Assembly (NCBI GenBank): GCA_044892505.1
Contig: CM097882.1
Coordinates: 428,978,001 to 429,042,000, forward strand
Origin: Schmidtea nova
Lineage: Eukaryota
DNA: 64,000 nt
Direction: 5' to 3'
Positions 13,722-23,987 of the stretch are shown piece after piece (positions within the stretch are counted from its first letter, which is position 1; the number at the start of each line of letters is the position of its first letter). Below the pieces are notes generated by a model, which saw only the letters and a program-made list of their open reading frames with translations, ran no database searches and was not told the DNA's origin. A program made the translations under genes and the position numbers.

Positions 13722-14275
13722 TCGTCATCTTTCTCAAATTCTACCTTTATACAAAACTGAATTTTTACAGAACTCATCTGCGAAACTGTTAAATTTAATT
13801 TATTAATTAAAATATCTGGAACAACAACAATTTTTAAGTTTAAGGATGATACATCCATTTTTAAAATTATGTGGGAATCGTTTAAGTCGGAAATAACCTC
13901 GACATTTCCGCATCCTACTTGATTAATTAAATTATTATTAATTATTTGATCATCATCATCACTGATTTCGATGATTTCATCGTCATTGATTTCATCGTCA
14001 CTTATTTCAATTATTTGATATTTTTGAGGAATTGAATCCTCATTAAAAATTTTTCTTTTATTATTATTTAAATTATTAATTAAAATATTTAGGTTATTAT
14101 TTAATTGTTTATTAATATTAATTAATTCATTTATTTGATTGTTATCAAGTATTGGCTCTTTGTTAATATTTTGTACTTGGTCTGGTATTTGTTGATTAAT
14201 TATTGTTTGCTGGTTAAGTGTTTGCTGGTTATGTATTGAATATACTTTATTAAAAAGTGATTTTTTAGATGTCAT
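13655..14275 (-). CDS. Maverick accessory protein, N/Q/I-rich, with two acidic SIM-like motifs
   Basis: Open 206-aa ORF with IIEISDDE and IIEISDDDD. TATA-like tract about 35 nt upstream. The C-terminus lies inside the TIR. Confidence 0.6.
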   Translation of the reverse strand: MTSKKSLFNKVYSIHNQQTLNQQTIINQQIPDQVQNINKEPILDNNQINELININKQLNNNLNILINNLNNNKRKIFNEDSIPQKYQIIEISDDEINDDEIIEISDDDDQIINNNLINQVGCGNVEVISDLNDSHIILKMDVSSLNLKIVVVPDILINKLNLTVSQMSSVKIQFCIKVEFEKDDELQFGELTVHDMHKCYFINVIL

Positions 14276-15198
14276 TTACTGACTCAAATACAGTGTTTTT
14301 CATAAAATTGTATATATGTATGTTATCAATAATATTACAATTAGGGCATAAAAGGTGGGTGATACCGTTTTACTTATAAGAGTAATACTTTTCCATAATG
14401 ACGTGGCAGTCATTATGGGAAGTACTGTTGCAGTATTGCGGGTATAAATTGCCTATATAACAAGAAATAAAATATTAAATTCAAGTATAAAAAACATTTT
14501 ATTTACTTTTAACATATTACGTAATGATTTACAAAAACTATTACGTATTATATTAAAAGTTTAAATAAAAATATTTGAAATTTTCAAAATAACTTTTGAT
14601 AATATTTTTTCGCTATAAAGTAAAATTATTCTATTTTTCGTTATATAAAATATTGTGACTGTAAATTATTAAAAATAATATGTTATCATAAAATTATCGT
14701 TCATAAAAAGGTTTCATAATCATAAATACATTAATCATTTCTTTTTCATAAATAAATCATTTTTATAAAAAAAATCATTTTATAAAATAAAATCATTTTA
14801 TTTTCATAAATAAATAAAATTCATAAATAAATAATTTCTTCTTCATAAAAATAATGGTCATAAATAAATCATTTTTATAAAATTAATTCATAAATAAATC
14901 ATTTTCATAAAATTATTAAATAAACCATTTCACATTAATAAATCATTTCATCTTCATCAAACTAATGGTTAAAAAATTCATAAATAATTTCATCTTCATA
15001 AAACCACTTGTCATAGATCATTTTCTTAAAATATATAAATCATTTCATCTTTAATAACTTAAATTTAACCATTTCTCTTCATAAATAAAACATTTAATTT
15101 TCATAAAATTCATAAAATTTTTAAAATATTATTATTGTTTTATAATAATATTATCAATAATTATTATAAAATAATAAAATATTTAATAATATATTTTC

Positions 15199-15622
15199 TT
15201 AGACATCATATAAAAAATAATCAAAATATTTACATTTTTTCGATCCAATCGTTAATCCAGCAGCATTAAAATTTGATCCATTACAAGTAGAACCAGCTGC
15301 ATTCGGGGCATAAAAACGAGAACCAGCAGTAATTTGAGCATCAGTTTGACCATAATTTATTATATTATTAATTTCAAAAGATAATTGTCAATTAAAATTA
15401 ACAATAATAAAAGTAAATATACCATTGACTCTATTTCCAATGACTCCATTTCCAATGACAGATCCGTTGTTATTTGAGATAATGTTCGCGATATTGTTCG
15501 CTATATTAACTTCTAATAATATTAAAAATAAATAAGTAAATAAATAAAAAGTAAAATTTACCATTGACTCCAGCTCCCTATGATTTTCGAGCAACTCGTC
15601 CTTGATTCATTAAGTTATTCAT
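15199..15622 (-). pseudogene. Spliced Gly/Asn-rich Maverick accessory gene with ARKS motif
   Basis: Exons 15562-15622, 15423-15512 and ~15199-15350, joined by phase-1 introns. Intron 1 is a 49-nt GT-AG; the intron 2 acceptor reads TG rather than AG. In-frame TAG at 15578-15580. CCAAT (15724) and TATA (~15690) upstream. Confidence 0.5.
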
Positions 15623-16097
15623 TTTTGTTTTAAAGAGTTGATAATAGATTTTGAGATTAAAAGTGACGAAATAGTACAAGTATAGACTATATAAAGCAGA
15701 TAATTTCAAGTTTTATTAACCATCCAATCAGAATCGAGATAGGATAGGGAAATAAATGCGCACATACTGCATGTTTGTTTATGTGACGATAGTTGTTATG
15801 TGACTACATAAAGACATGTAAGTTCACAACCCCACGTGTCTTTATGTTGTGACTTTATCGACAGAGGCTTTGTTGATGTCATCATGCTTTATGATATACA
15901 TGTGACGAATAATTTAATAATATTTATNNNNNNNNNNNNNNNNNNNNNNNNNNNNNNNNNNNNNNNNNNNNNNNNNNNNNNNNNNNNNNNNNNNNNNNNN
16001 NNNNNNNNNNNNNNNNNNNNNNNNNNNNNNNNNNNNNNNNNNNNNNNNNNNNNNNNNNNNNNNNNNNNNNNNNNNNNNNNNNNNNNNNNNNNNNNNN

Positions 16098-16290
16098 TGA
16101 CTATAGATCAAAAATTTTTTTTTTTATAAACAATAACACAATATTTCGGCACAGTGTTATTGTTTTGTGCCGAAATATTGTGTTATTGTTTATAAAAAAA
16201 AAAATTTTTGATCTATAGTCATTATGAGAATTATTGATAATAATAATAAAAAAAGATCAAAGGTGAAAAAAGATAATTATAATAATAATA
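16098..16290. mobile_element. Fold-back fragment of a Penelope-like terminal repeat inserted in the Maverick
   Basis: Near-perfect inverted repeat at 16099-16220 (gactatagatc...gtgccgaaatattgtg...gatctatagtc). Same family as 35600-35730 and 46040-46200. Confidence 0.55.
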
Positions 16291-16354
16291 ATAATTGTAA
16301 AATAATAAAAAACATTAATACACATTATTAAAATTTATTAAAATAACAATACAT

Positions 16355-16771
16355 TTATTGCTTTAAATAATCAATAACTGCACTCAAACATCCTTTATAG
16401 GCACACATACTATGGTCATTATATGGACATGAGATATTTTCTGGAACATCTTCAAATTCTTTAAAATTATATTTAATTAATCTTAATTTCGGAAAATATT
16501 TCTTCAAAACTTGCAACTTTTCATTATCTGTAACATAGAAAATAGCTCCTTTATCTATAATATCATCCATAATACATTTTGGGCAAAAATAATCTTGTCC
16601 TTCAAACCATTCTAAACGATCAGGCCAGAAAGATAAATCACTGTATATATAATACTGAGGTGTGAAAATACTATTTACATTCATAATACATAATTCCTTA
16701 ATAGTTGTTCCTACAATGTCATTATAACCGTAAATATCAATAAAATAACAAGTTATTTTTTACAATAACAT
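16355..16771 (-). pseudogene. Maverick-associated small protein (possible DnaQ/DEDD-like fold, Cys/His-rich C-terminus)
   Basis: ATG at 16771 with a premature TAA at codon 4, then in-frame IDIYGY..IKELCI..WFEGQDY..FYVTDNEKLQVL..CPYNDHSMCAYK. The family is recognised from motif recall only. Confidence 0.45.
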
Positions 16772-16788
16772 TTATTAAACTAAATCGT

Positions 16789-17167
16789 TTATAACATTGA
16801 TTTTAACCATGCTAGGCAATGTTGTCCATAAGTGATTGTTAATGGATGTTGATACCGAATTCTATTATACACAATAGGTTTACCAATAGTTTGCAATTTT
16901 CGAACAAGTAAATTTGGATAATAATATCCAAAGGGATCAAATACATGTATTCGATCTGGTTTCACGTAAACAGCAATCCAATGTTCACCGCCCAAAGTAG
17001 AAGTGTGAGTATTTACAATGATAGCTTGATTCATTTTCAAATAAGGTATTTTATCTAACGGAAAAACTCCAATAAATTGGTTTCCCAATAGTTTTTTACC
17101 TTGTTGTAATACCTGAATAGAACTAATTAAAAAATAAATAATTATTCAATTAAAAAACTTACTCCAT
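16789..17167 (-). pseudogene. Adenain-like cysteine protease, spliced, catalytic Cys mutated
   Basis: join(17163-17167,16789-17122) with a 40-nt GTAAGT..AG intron gives MDSIQVLQQ... Motifs IVNT..GEHW, FDPFG and Q..LTITYGQHC, where TAT replaces the expected TGT of CG.xC. Confidence 0.85.
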
Positions 17168-17258
17168 AATAATAATAATTATAATAACTTTGGTTATTTA
17201 TACTGCTCAAACTAGTATCGTTTAAGCTTTGCTCAAGCTAATAATGTTTGAGCTTTGC

Positions 17259-18478
17259 TCAAACAAGTACTGTGCGATTGGCAGTTATTTTTACTTCATT
17301 TTCAAACAATCCATACATAAATACATGAACCGGTTCCTCAATGGGTTTTGCAAACTTTATATCTAGCCTTAAATTACCATTTTGAGGGATTTGACTTTGA
17401 TTCAAATCAAAATCGGGAGCCAAAACAAATGTAAAGAATGGATAACTAGATTTAAATTCATCTAGACCTATACCACAATTCAAGTTTTTATCCAAATAAC
17501 CTAGATTTCGGACAAGACTTTGCATATATGTGGCACTAAATTTATCATTTTCAAAATCTTGAGTATAAGTTTCTCGATAATCGGTATTTTTCGACAATGA
17601 TAATGAAGTCACATTAAAGTGTTTGAATGTAGATGAAGATTCAACATATGATCCGTTATATTGATTTTCAGTTTGAAAAGCTACAAGAATGAAATTAGGC
17701 ATTCTTCTATCTCCAAATATTTGCTCCTTGTAAAATGACGATGCACCTTTACCGATTGCAAACGATACGATTTCTTTGGATTTTATCGGATAAATTGCAT
17801 GTTTGCTATTTAAACCAATTTGATGACCAGCCAAAACTGAAGATTCACTTCGAACTCTTCGAACCATTAATTTATCGTCTACTAATTGTATTATTGGTTT
17901 CCCAGTTGCAGATTTCAATGATAATGCAGAATCAGATCGCTTCAATCTAATATGTACATTAACTCCAGGTAGTAAGTATTTAGGTTGATCCATAAAATCA
18001 AGTTGTAATGACGAACACATGTTGAAAAGTTTTGATCCCTTGATCCACTTTTTTCTATCGTCACTTGCACCATATTCCATGGGAGTAAGACAAGTTTCTT
18101 TTGAATCATTCGTATAATTTAAAATAGTTTCGATTATTGCCTTGTGTGCATATGTATTGTTTCCACCCTCAATTTTTATATTATTAAATCCAAGAATTAC
18201 ATCTTTAAAAAGTGTATGAAACAAGTAATTATTAGGTACTCATCACTCGCATCAACTAGAGGTTTTTTATCTTTATCTACAACTTTGACCGTAACGGATA
18301 ATAATGTATCGTTCAAATCCAAATATTCGGTTTGTGAACCGTTAATGTAAAATTCAACATCATTTCTACTATCTGTAATAGAATTCCTTAGAAACACATC
18401 TTCAAACACCCCATATTCAATAACTGCTTGAGGGCTTGGTCGATCAAAAATACATAATTCAGATTTACCGCAAATCAT
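17259..18478 (-). pseudogene. Maverick major capsid protein (PY, double jelly-roll), one frameshift
   Basis: KSELCIFDRP..VEFYING..YLDLNDTLL..PNNYLFHTLF..YAHKAIIETILNY..FKHFNV..GNLRLDIKFAKP. Frameshift at ~18230. Confidence 0.9.
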
Positions 18479-18823
18479 TCTTCAAATATAGTTCCATGAC
18501 CTTTCATTCGTTTGTTTATACGCTTTCGTTTACGTCTTGGTCCTACTGGTACAGGTTCCGGTTCATTTTTTGAAAACATATTTGTAATTGAAGGAAGCAT
18601 TTGTGTTACAGCAGGTATAGCTTTATTAACTGCGGCCAAAGCATTTGTTTTCAATGATGGTAATAATTTATTATCTTTCATGATAACGTCCTTGGCAGTA
18701 TTCATTCCAAAATCTCCCAATAGTTTTCAACCAACCTGATCCATACTGTTTACCTACAAAATACGGTAATTCACCACCAGTTTGGCTATTACTATACAAA
18801 GAAACTATATCGGGATTACTCAT
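18475..18823 (-). pseudogene. Small Maverick QxGxG-motif virion protein, one frameshift
   Basis: MSNPDIVSLYSNSQTGGELPYFVGKQYGSGWLKTIGRF / GMNTAKDVI..RRKRKRINKRMKGHGTIFEE. ATGA overlaps with both neighbours. Confidence 0.7.
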
Positions 18824-19833
18824 CGTTTTTTTCGAAAATGTAGAGTTAAATGAGTTTTTGAATTTTTGGAAAAGTTTATTAATCTTCCACTATCATCCCT
18901 GATATTTATTTCTATATTGTTTATACATGAATTCGAAAGCGATAAATACATTGGATTTTCTACTTGTATTTGAACAATTTCATCTTGTTCGTATTTTTCG
19001 ATCCATATCGATTTTAGTATAGGAACCAAAGAATCACCAACAATTATGGGTTCGATAATGTTAGTATATATGAATAATTGCTGATGAAGTTTAGTTAATT
19101 TCAGTTGACGAATACCAAAAACGACATTTTTACCACTAAATGTATCCTTATCTAATCCGAATGTATTGACCAGGTATTTATCAAATTTCACTTGAGTAAT
19201 GTTTTCATTGAGTTTGAATTTGAACAATTTATTTAATTCAACAATAGTAAAAATATACGAACAATTATCGGAAACATATTTCTGTAATTCATCTAGTTGC
19301 GTTATATACAAGTCATCCTTGAATGTGAATACATGTTCTTCTACTATATTATAAGATATACTAAAATTAAATATTTCTTCTTCTTTACTACCAATTTTTT
19401 GCGAAACATTGAATTCACATTCTTCTGAATTACATGTCATTGTCAGTTTATTACTTCCCATTCGTTTTGCTTCATCAAGATTATTAAATGTAATTGTATA
19501 AGGAGTAATATTACATGTGAGAATTATTCTTCCACTTCGATGCCACATTTCGATTTCTGGATCAATAGTGTGAGTTGGAACATTTAGCTTACCACTAGCA
19601 TTATATATCGAGAAAAATGCATTTGCAACAGTCGTTTTTATTTGTTTGTAAAAAATTTTACATTGACTATAAAATGAAAAAGGTTGGTAAACAAATGTAA
19701 AATCCAATAGAGCAACTTCCCAATTTCCTTGTAAATAAATAGGATTTTGTAGATTGACCATGAATTTACTTGCGGTATTATCTGGATGGATATTCGGGCA
19801 ACTATTGCTCGGTAAAATAGTGTAAAAATTCAT
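18820..19833 (-). CDS. Maverick minor capsid protein (penton, PX)
   Basis: Open frame MNFYTILPSNS..HPDNTASKF.V.L..PI.L.GNWEVAL..LFIYTNIIEP.IVGD..P.L..NP.Y..IEINIRDD.GR..F..LTLHFRK. Confidence 0.88.
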   Translation of the reverse strand: MNFYTILPSNSCPNIHPDNTASKFMVNLQNPIYLQGNWEVALLDFTFVYQPFSFYSQCKIFYKQIKTTVANAFFSIYNASGKLNVPTHTIDPEIEMWHRSGRIILTCNITPYTITFNNLDEAKRMGSNKLTMTCNSEECEFNVSQKIGSKEEEIFNFSISYNIVEEHVFTFKDDLYITQLDELQKYVSDNCSYIFTIVELNKLFKFKLNENITQVKFDKYLVNTFGLDKDTFSGKNVVFGIRQLKLTKLHQQLFIYTNIIEPIIVGDSLVPILKSIWIEKYEQDEIVQIQVENPMYLSLSNSCINNIEINIRDDSGRLINFSKNSKTHLTLHFRKKR

Positions 19834-20874
19834 TTTACTATGTTTTTTGACGATATCCATGATGGTTCTTTATATCCATGCCACTTGACATAGTATTGTT
19901 TATCCTTACCTACCATTTTAGTCTTCAAAAGTTTTTGATTTCTAAATATTGTCGGAGGGGGAATAACTTCTAATTTTTGTTCATAGAATTTCCCACTGAC
20001 TATATTGTTATCAGAGTCAGAAATAGTATACATGGCAGGATTCTGGACTGTGTTGACCTTCGATATTTTAAATACCTCATCACTCCAATTACTATCAAAA
20101 TTTTTAATGAATGGCGATGCACTAATTTTACTAATTCGAACATGATCACCAATTTTATATTTTGGTTTCTTTATTATTATTTCACTCAAGATATTTTCAG
20201 TATTAACTACTTCAGCAGGTTTCCTGCTATTTATACCTCAATGAGCAGAATGATTATAACTATGGATCATTTGTGGTAAAACATTAATTCATGTTTTATT
20301 ACCTTGATGTACAAAATAATTTTTGAGACGATCTCGTAATGTACGATTAAATCTCTCGACATGGGCTGCTTTGAATTTCGAGAATACCGAGTAATGATTG
20401 ATTCCCTTAATAACTTCCTTGACTTTACTGTTGTAAAATTCCTTTCCTAATGTATATTAAATATATAAATTTTTATTTAAATTTACCCAAATCGGTTTGT
20501 AAATTTGTTGGACGATCCTTTTTCATCATTGCTTTGATCGCGATTGCCATGTCATTAGCTGATTTAGATTTTACTGCAATAGCCCGAGCAAATAGACTGT
20601 AAACATCAATAAATGTTAAAATATACTTGTATCTCTTGTTAATTTTTGAATACAGAATCATTTCCATCAAATCCATTTGCCACAAATCATTGATTCTATA
20701 CGTTTTATATTCTCGTGTCGGAAACCGTTTCAGCATCGGTTTGTTTAGATTGTATGTAAGTTGCCCCGATAACCAACTTTGTGTCTGTTGTTTCGACTTC
20801 TGTACTTTTTGCCTTAACTTTTCGACTCCACCGAAACCGGCTTCGTCTTTTGGGTTCGTCCAGATCTTCTCCAT
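19830..20874 (-). pseudogene. Retroviral-type (rve) integrase with C-terminal chromodomain, disrupted
   Basis: W.NPKDEAGFGG, LWQMDL, YKYILTFIDVYS, LQTDLGK, K..HVERFNRT, YKIGDHVRI, QYYVKWHGYKEPSWI. Frameshifts and stops between ~20190 and 20480. Confidence 0.92.
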
Positions 20875-20926
20875 TACAACAAGAAGATTTATAGTTTAAA
20901 TTTAGATTAGGTAATGATTCACCCAT
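20705..20926 (-). CDS. Small ORF overprinting the integrase 5' end
   Basis: ATG 3 nt after the upstream stop (TAA ACA ATG). 73 aa MGESLP..SSCC..KRRSRFRWSRKVK, overlapping the integrase in another frame. Confidence 0.35.
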   Translation of the reverse strand: MGESLPNLNLNYKSSCCNGEDLDEPKRRSRFRWSRKVKAKSTEVETTDTKLVIGATYIQSKQTDAETVSDTRI

Positions 20927-20929
20927 TGT

Positions 20930-21470
20930 TTATGACTTTCTTTTTCCCAATAGACCAGCACCACCTAATAATGATAAAGCTAGGGGTAACAAAGCTGCGA
21001 TGAATCCTCCTTGTTGTTTATATATTATTTTGCGCATAAGTTTTTTATTTTTTGTTTTTACAAGTGATAACAATGGTTTCTTGTGTTTGTTCAAAACCCT
21101 ACGATTAGATGGAGTTAGATTCATTTTACCTCTAACGACTTTAATTAAAATAGCGAGTAAATCATCAATGACGTAATTGGGAAACGACTGAAGAATACCA
21201 ATTCTTCTAACACTGGGGGCTTTAGGCAATGCATTAAAAAACGGAAAACTCCGATGATGTATTTGTTTAGGATTAGATTTCAAATTAGTGGGAATTTGAT
21301 TTTGTTTGTGAAAATTATCCATAATTAGTTTTTTCGAAGGAGTATAACTGGTTTTAGAAACGGGTTTTAAAACTGATTTCTTTGTTTTCTTTGTTTTCTT
21401 ACCCACTTTTTTTCATTGTGTTTCTAGCCTTTATCAATCGCTCAAACCTTACTCTAGATTTCATTAACAT
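20930..21470 (-). pseudogene. Basic core-like protein with an adenovirus pX-like C-terminus
   Basis: K/R-rich ORF ending KQQGGFIAALLPLALSLLGGAGLL. The probable start is near 21464-21470, with a frameshift in an A-run at ~21410. Confidence 0.7.
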
Positions 21471-21490
21471 TATTACTACTGTAAATATAT

Positions 21491-22097
21491 TTAACTTTGT
21501 TTATAAACCATGGCTCCTTCCTTGTTGAAAATATCAGTTCGAACTCTTAAATCATCACTGCATTGTTGGGTGAAATCAAGGAAAAGATATTCATGAGGAG
21601 CTTTTGTAGCATCTTGAAACGCATCAATCAAGAAATTTTCGATTAGAAGGGTATGCTTGTCTTGCCAGAAAATCAATAACTGTTGCATCTCTAGGATTTT
21701 TAAAAACAACAAGATATTGAACATTCAAATTCCTGGTTCAATGACTACCGCCCTGATGAAATAAATTCTGAGTAATAAAAATAACTGTAACACTCTTGTG
21801 TTAAATTGTTAAAATCCTTTTCTTTATTTGCTTCTTGATACAAATCATCAATAATAATCACATTCCCTTCTCTTAATCTAGATGACCAATTTTTAACGAA
21901 ACCTTTTATGATTGTCATTTTTATTTTACAAAACTGATCTTGAGTCATTCCATGTTCATCATCAGCGCCCCTATGCCAATAAATTTTATTAAACTTTGAT
22001 TTGAATAATTTAGATTGTAATAATTTACAAACAAACAAAGTTTTCCACTACCGCTCGGGCCGACAATTTGGTAAACTACATCATTTCTTAATTCCAT
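21491..22097 (-). pseudogene. Maverick packaging ATPase (FtsK-HerA/A32-like), frameshifted
   Basis: MELRNDVVYQIVGPSGSGK(T) with a 1-nt deletion in Walker A; Walker B IIIDD; IFITQNLF; LNVQYLVVFKNPRD; YLFLDF.Q..LRVRTDIF. Confidence 0.92.
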
Positions 22098-22186
22098 GTT
22101 TGTAATTATTTATTAGTATTATTATTGTTTATATTGATTAAAATATTAATTATCTTTTTGTTGTTACATTTAAAATATTTTTATTA

Positions 22187-22639
22187 ATGATTAGAAACAT
22201 TAATTACAAGGGTAAGACAGATGTGTCACACATGAAATTCCCAGCAAATTGTCGATAGAAGTGGAAAGTACCCAATAATATACTTTAAGACAGGTAGATA
22301 TAGAATAATGGGATGCAAGGAATTTATTAGTGATGAAAAAGTAAAGTTTCATGATTTAACAATACAATCGATAACTGTGACTGCAGATTTAGGATTTATT
22401 TGTAATTTAAATGAATTATCTAAATTGATTCCATGTGTTTATGAACCAGAATTATTTCCAGCTTTGAGATATATAAATATAATCCAATGTGTATCAATAT
22501 ATTTGCAAGTGGTAAAATAGTCATATTAGGATTAAAAAACAAAGACTATGCAAATATAGTAGATAATATTATTAATGATATAAAATCAATTATAGAAGGT
22601 AAAGCCTTTGTTGATTTCATACTAACATGTGACTCATGA
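22187..22639 (+). pseudogene. TATA-binding-protein-like gene inside the Maverick, two frameshifts
   Basis: Reconstruction: MIRNINYKG..IIYFKTGRYRIMG..KFHDLTIQSITVTADLGF..YEPELFPALRYIKYNPMCINIFASGKIVILGLK. This aligns by eye to TBP KFLDFKIQNMVGSCDVKF..YEPELFPGLIYR..LIFVSGKVVLTGAK. Frameshifts at ~22240 and ~22475. Confidence 0.85.
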
Positions 22640-22674
22640 CTGCAAAAACCCTGCAATAGAAATGCACGATTCTG

Positions 22675-22778
22675 ATTGGTTAAGTGTGTATTTATTGAAT
22701 AAAGACATGTTATACATAATCGAATCTGATTGGTAGAATGTATGTATTATTTTCTTGTGTGTTACTTTGGTATATATA
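22675..22778 (+). promoter_or_regulatory. Pol II-type promoter: two TCTGATTGGT (inverted CCAAT) boxes and a TATA box
   Basis: ATTGG at 22675 and 22729, TATATATA at 22771, ATG at 22815. Confidence 0.55.
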
Positions 22779-22814
22779 GAATGAACATTTTGAAATCATT
22801 TATAATTTTTTGCA

Positions 22815-23536
22815 ATGTTTCTAAAATCTACTTTAGTTAAATACGGTAAAGTTTTAAATTTTTCATTTTTCATTTTTATAATATTTATTTACAGATAAAT
22901 TGATGGCCGTACTGTTCGGCAAAATGGAGGAGATGTTTCCAAGCCTGATGTCTAAACTAATTTTTCACTCTTCATTATTATAGTATTTATTTTTTAGATA
23001 AATTGATGTCCGTAGTGCTAGCCAAGCTTGAGGAAATCTACCCAAAACTGATGCCAACATTGATATATACAGCACCAGAGATGTTTCCACACAAGATACA
23101 ATGCCTGACCGGAATCGATATCAACCAGGTCGTGCTTGATCACCTGGCCAATCGGGATACCGAATTACCATATATGGCTGAGCACATCTTGTGCGCATAT
23201 CAATGCGGCCATTGTATGGAGAGCATCCAGAAATTCCATATCTGGGTGTTACGGAACGCCCTCAACCACTATGAATCAGAAATTAAAAAATTGGAAACAA
23301 TCAATGAGGAGGAACCTAAAGAAATATGGCCGAATGCAACACAAGATTCGACTGATTGCATGGATCAAAATCCGGACTGTGACAAATCTACGGATTGTCT
23401 ACCAACTCTCGATGGACCATATCCGCTGGAATGCGATCAGTCGACAAATTGCGATGAGTCGACAGAATCCCCAGAATCGCCAAATTGCGATGAATGCCAT
23501 CGCAAAATTGATGATAATGTTGACATGGTTCAATAA
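22815..23536 (+). CDS. Spliced Maverick accessory protein (Cys/His core, acidic Cys-rich tail), unknown function
   Basis: Exon 22815-22845 (MFLKSTLVKY-G|gt) splices in phase 1 to AG at 22997 into the 177-aa ORF. An alternative acceptor at 22894 gives a short paralogous peptide. Confidence 0.6.
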
Positions 23537-23918
23537 ATGTTTTTGGGTTATTATATTTTAGATGTTATCATTTTTATATGTTGTCATTTTTTGTTATAAT
23601 TTAATAAATGTTTATTTATATATGTCTTCGTTTTTATTTTAGTTTATTTTTATTTATTTAAAAGTAAAATCAAGTAAAAAATTCACAAAGTAAAATAATT
23701 TTTAGTCTATTTTAAAGTAAAAATAAAAGTCTTTAAAGTAAAATCAAGTAAAAAACTTTTCAAAGTAAAATAACTTTTAGAAAGTAAATAAGTGTCTGCG
23801 AAAAGTTTTTTAATTCGAAAAAATAATTTATAATATGATATAAAATACAGTAATTAAACACACACATGCATGCAAACAAAGACATGCAGACATAGTGCAG
23901 TTTGAATGCATCACTTTG

Positions 23919-23949
23919 ATTGGACAAAGGCATTAGTCGTCACTATAAA
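23919..23949 (+). promoter_or_regulatory. Inverted CCAAT plus TATAAA promoter
   Basis: ATTGG at 23919-23923, TATAAA at 23944-23949, ATG at 23988. Confidence 0.5.
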
Positions 23950-23987
23950 TACAAAGACATTTTGAAGATATTGTCACAATTTTAAAA

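Noticed and set aside
14700-15140. Degenerate aaatcattttcataaa repeats as a replication origin or CRISPR-like array
   Set aside because: Irregular AT-rich low-complexity units with no constant repeat/spacer structure. There is no independent support for an origin.
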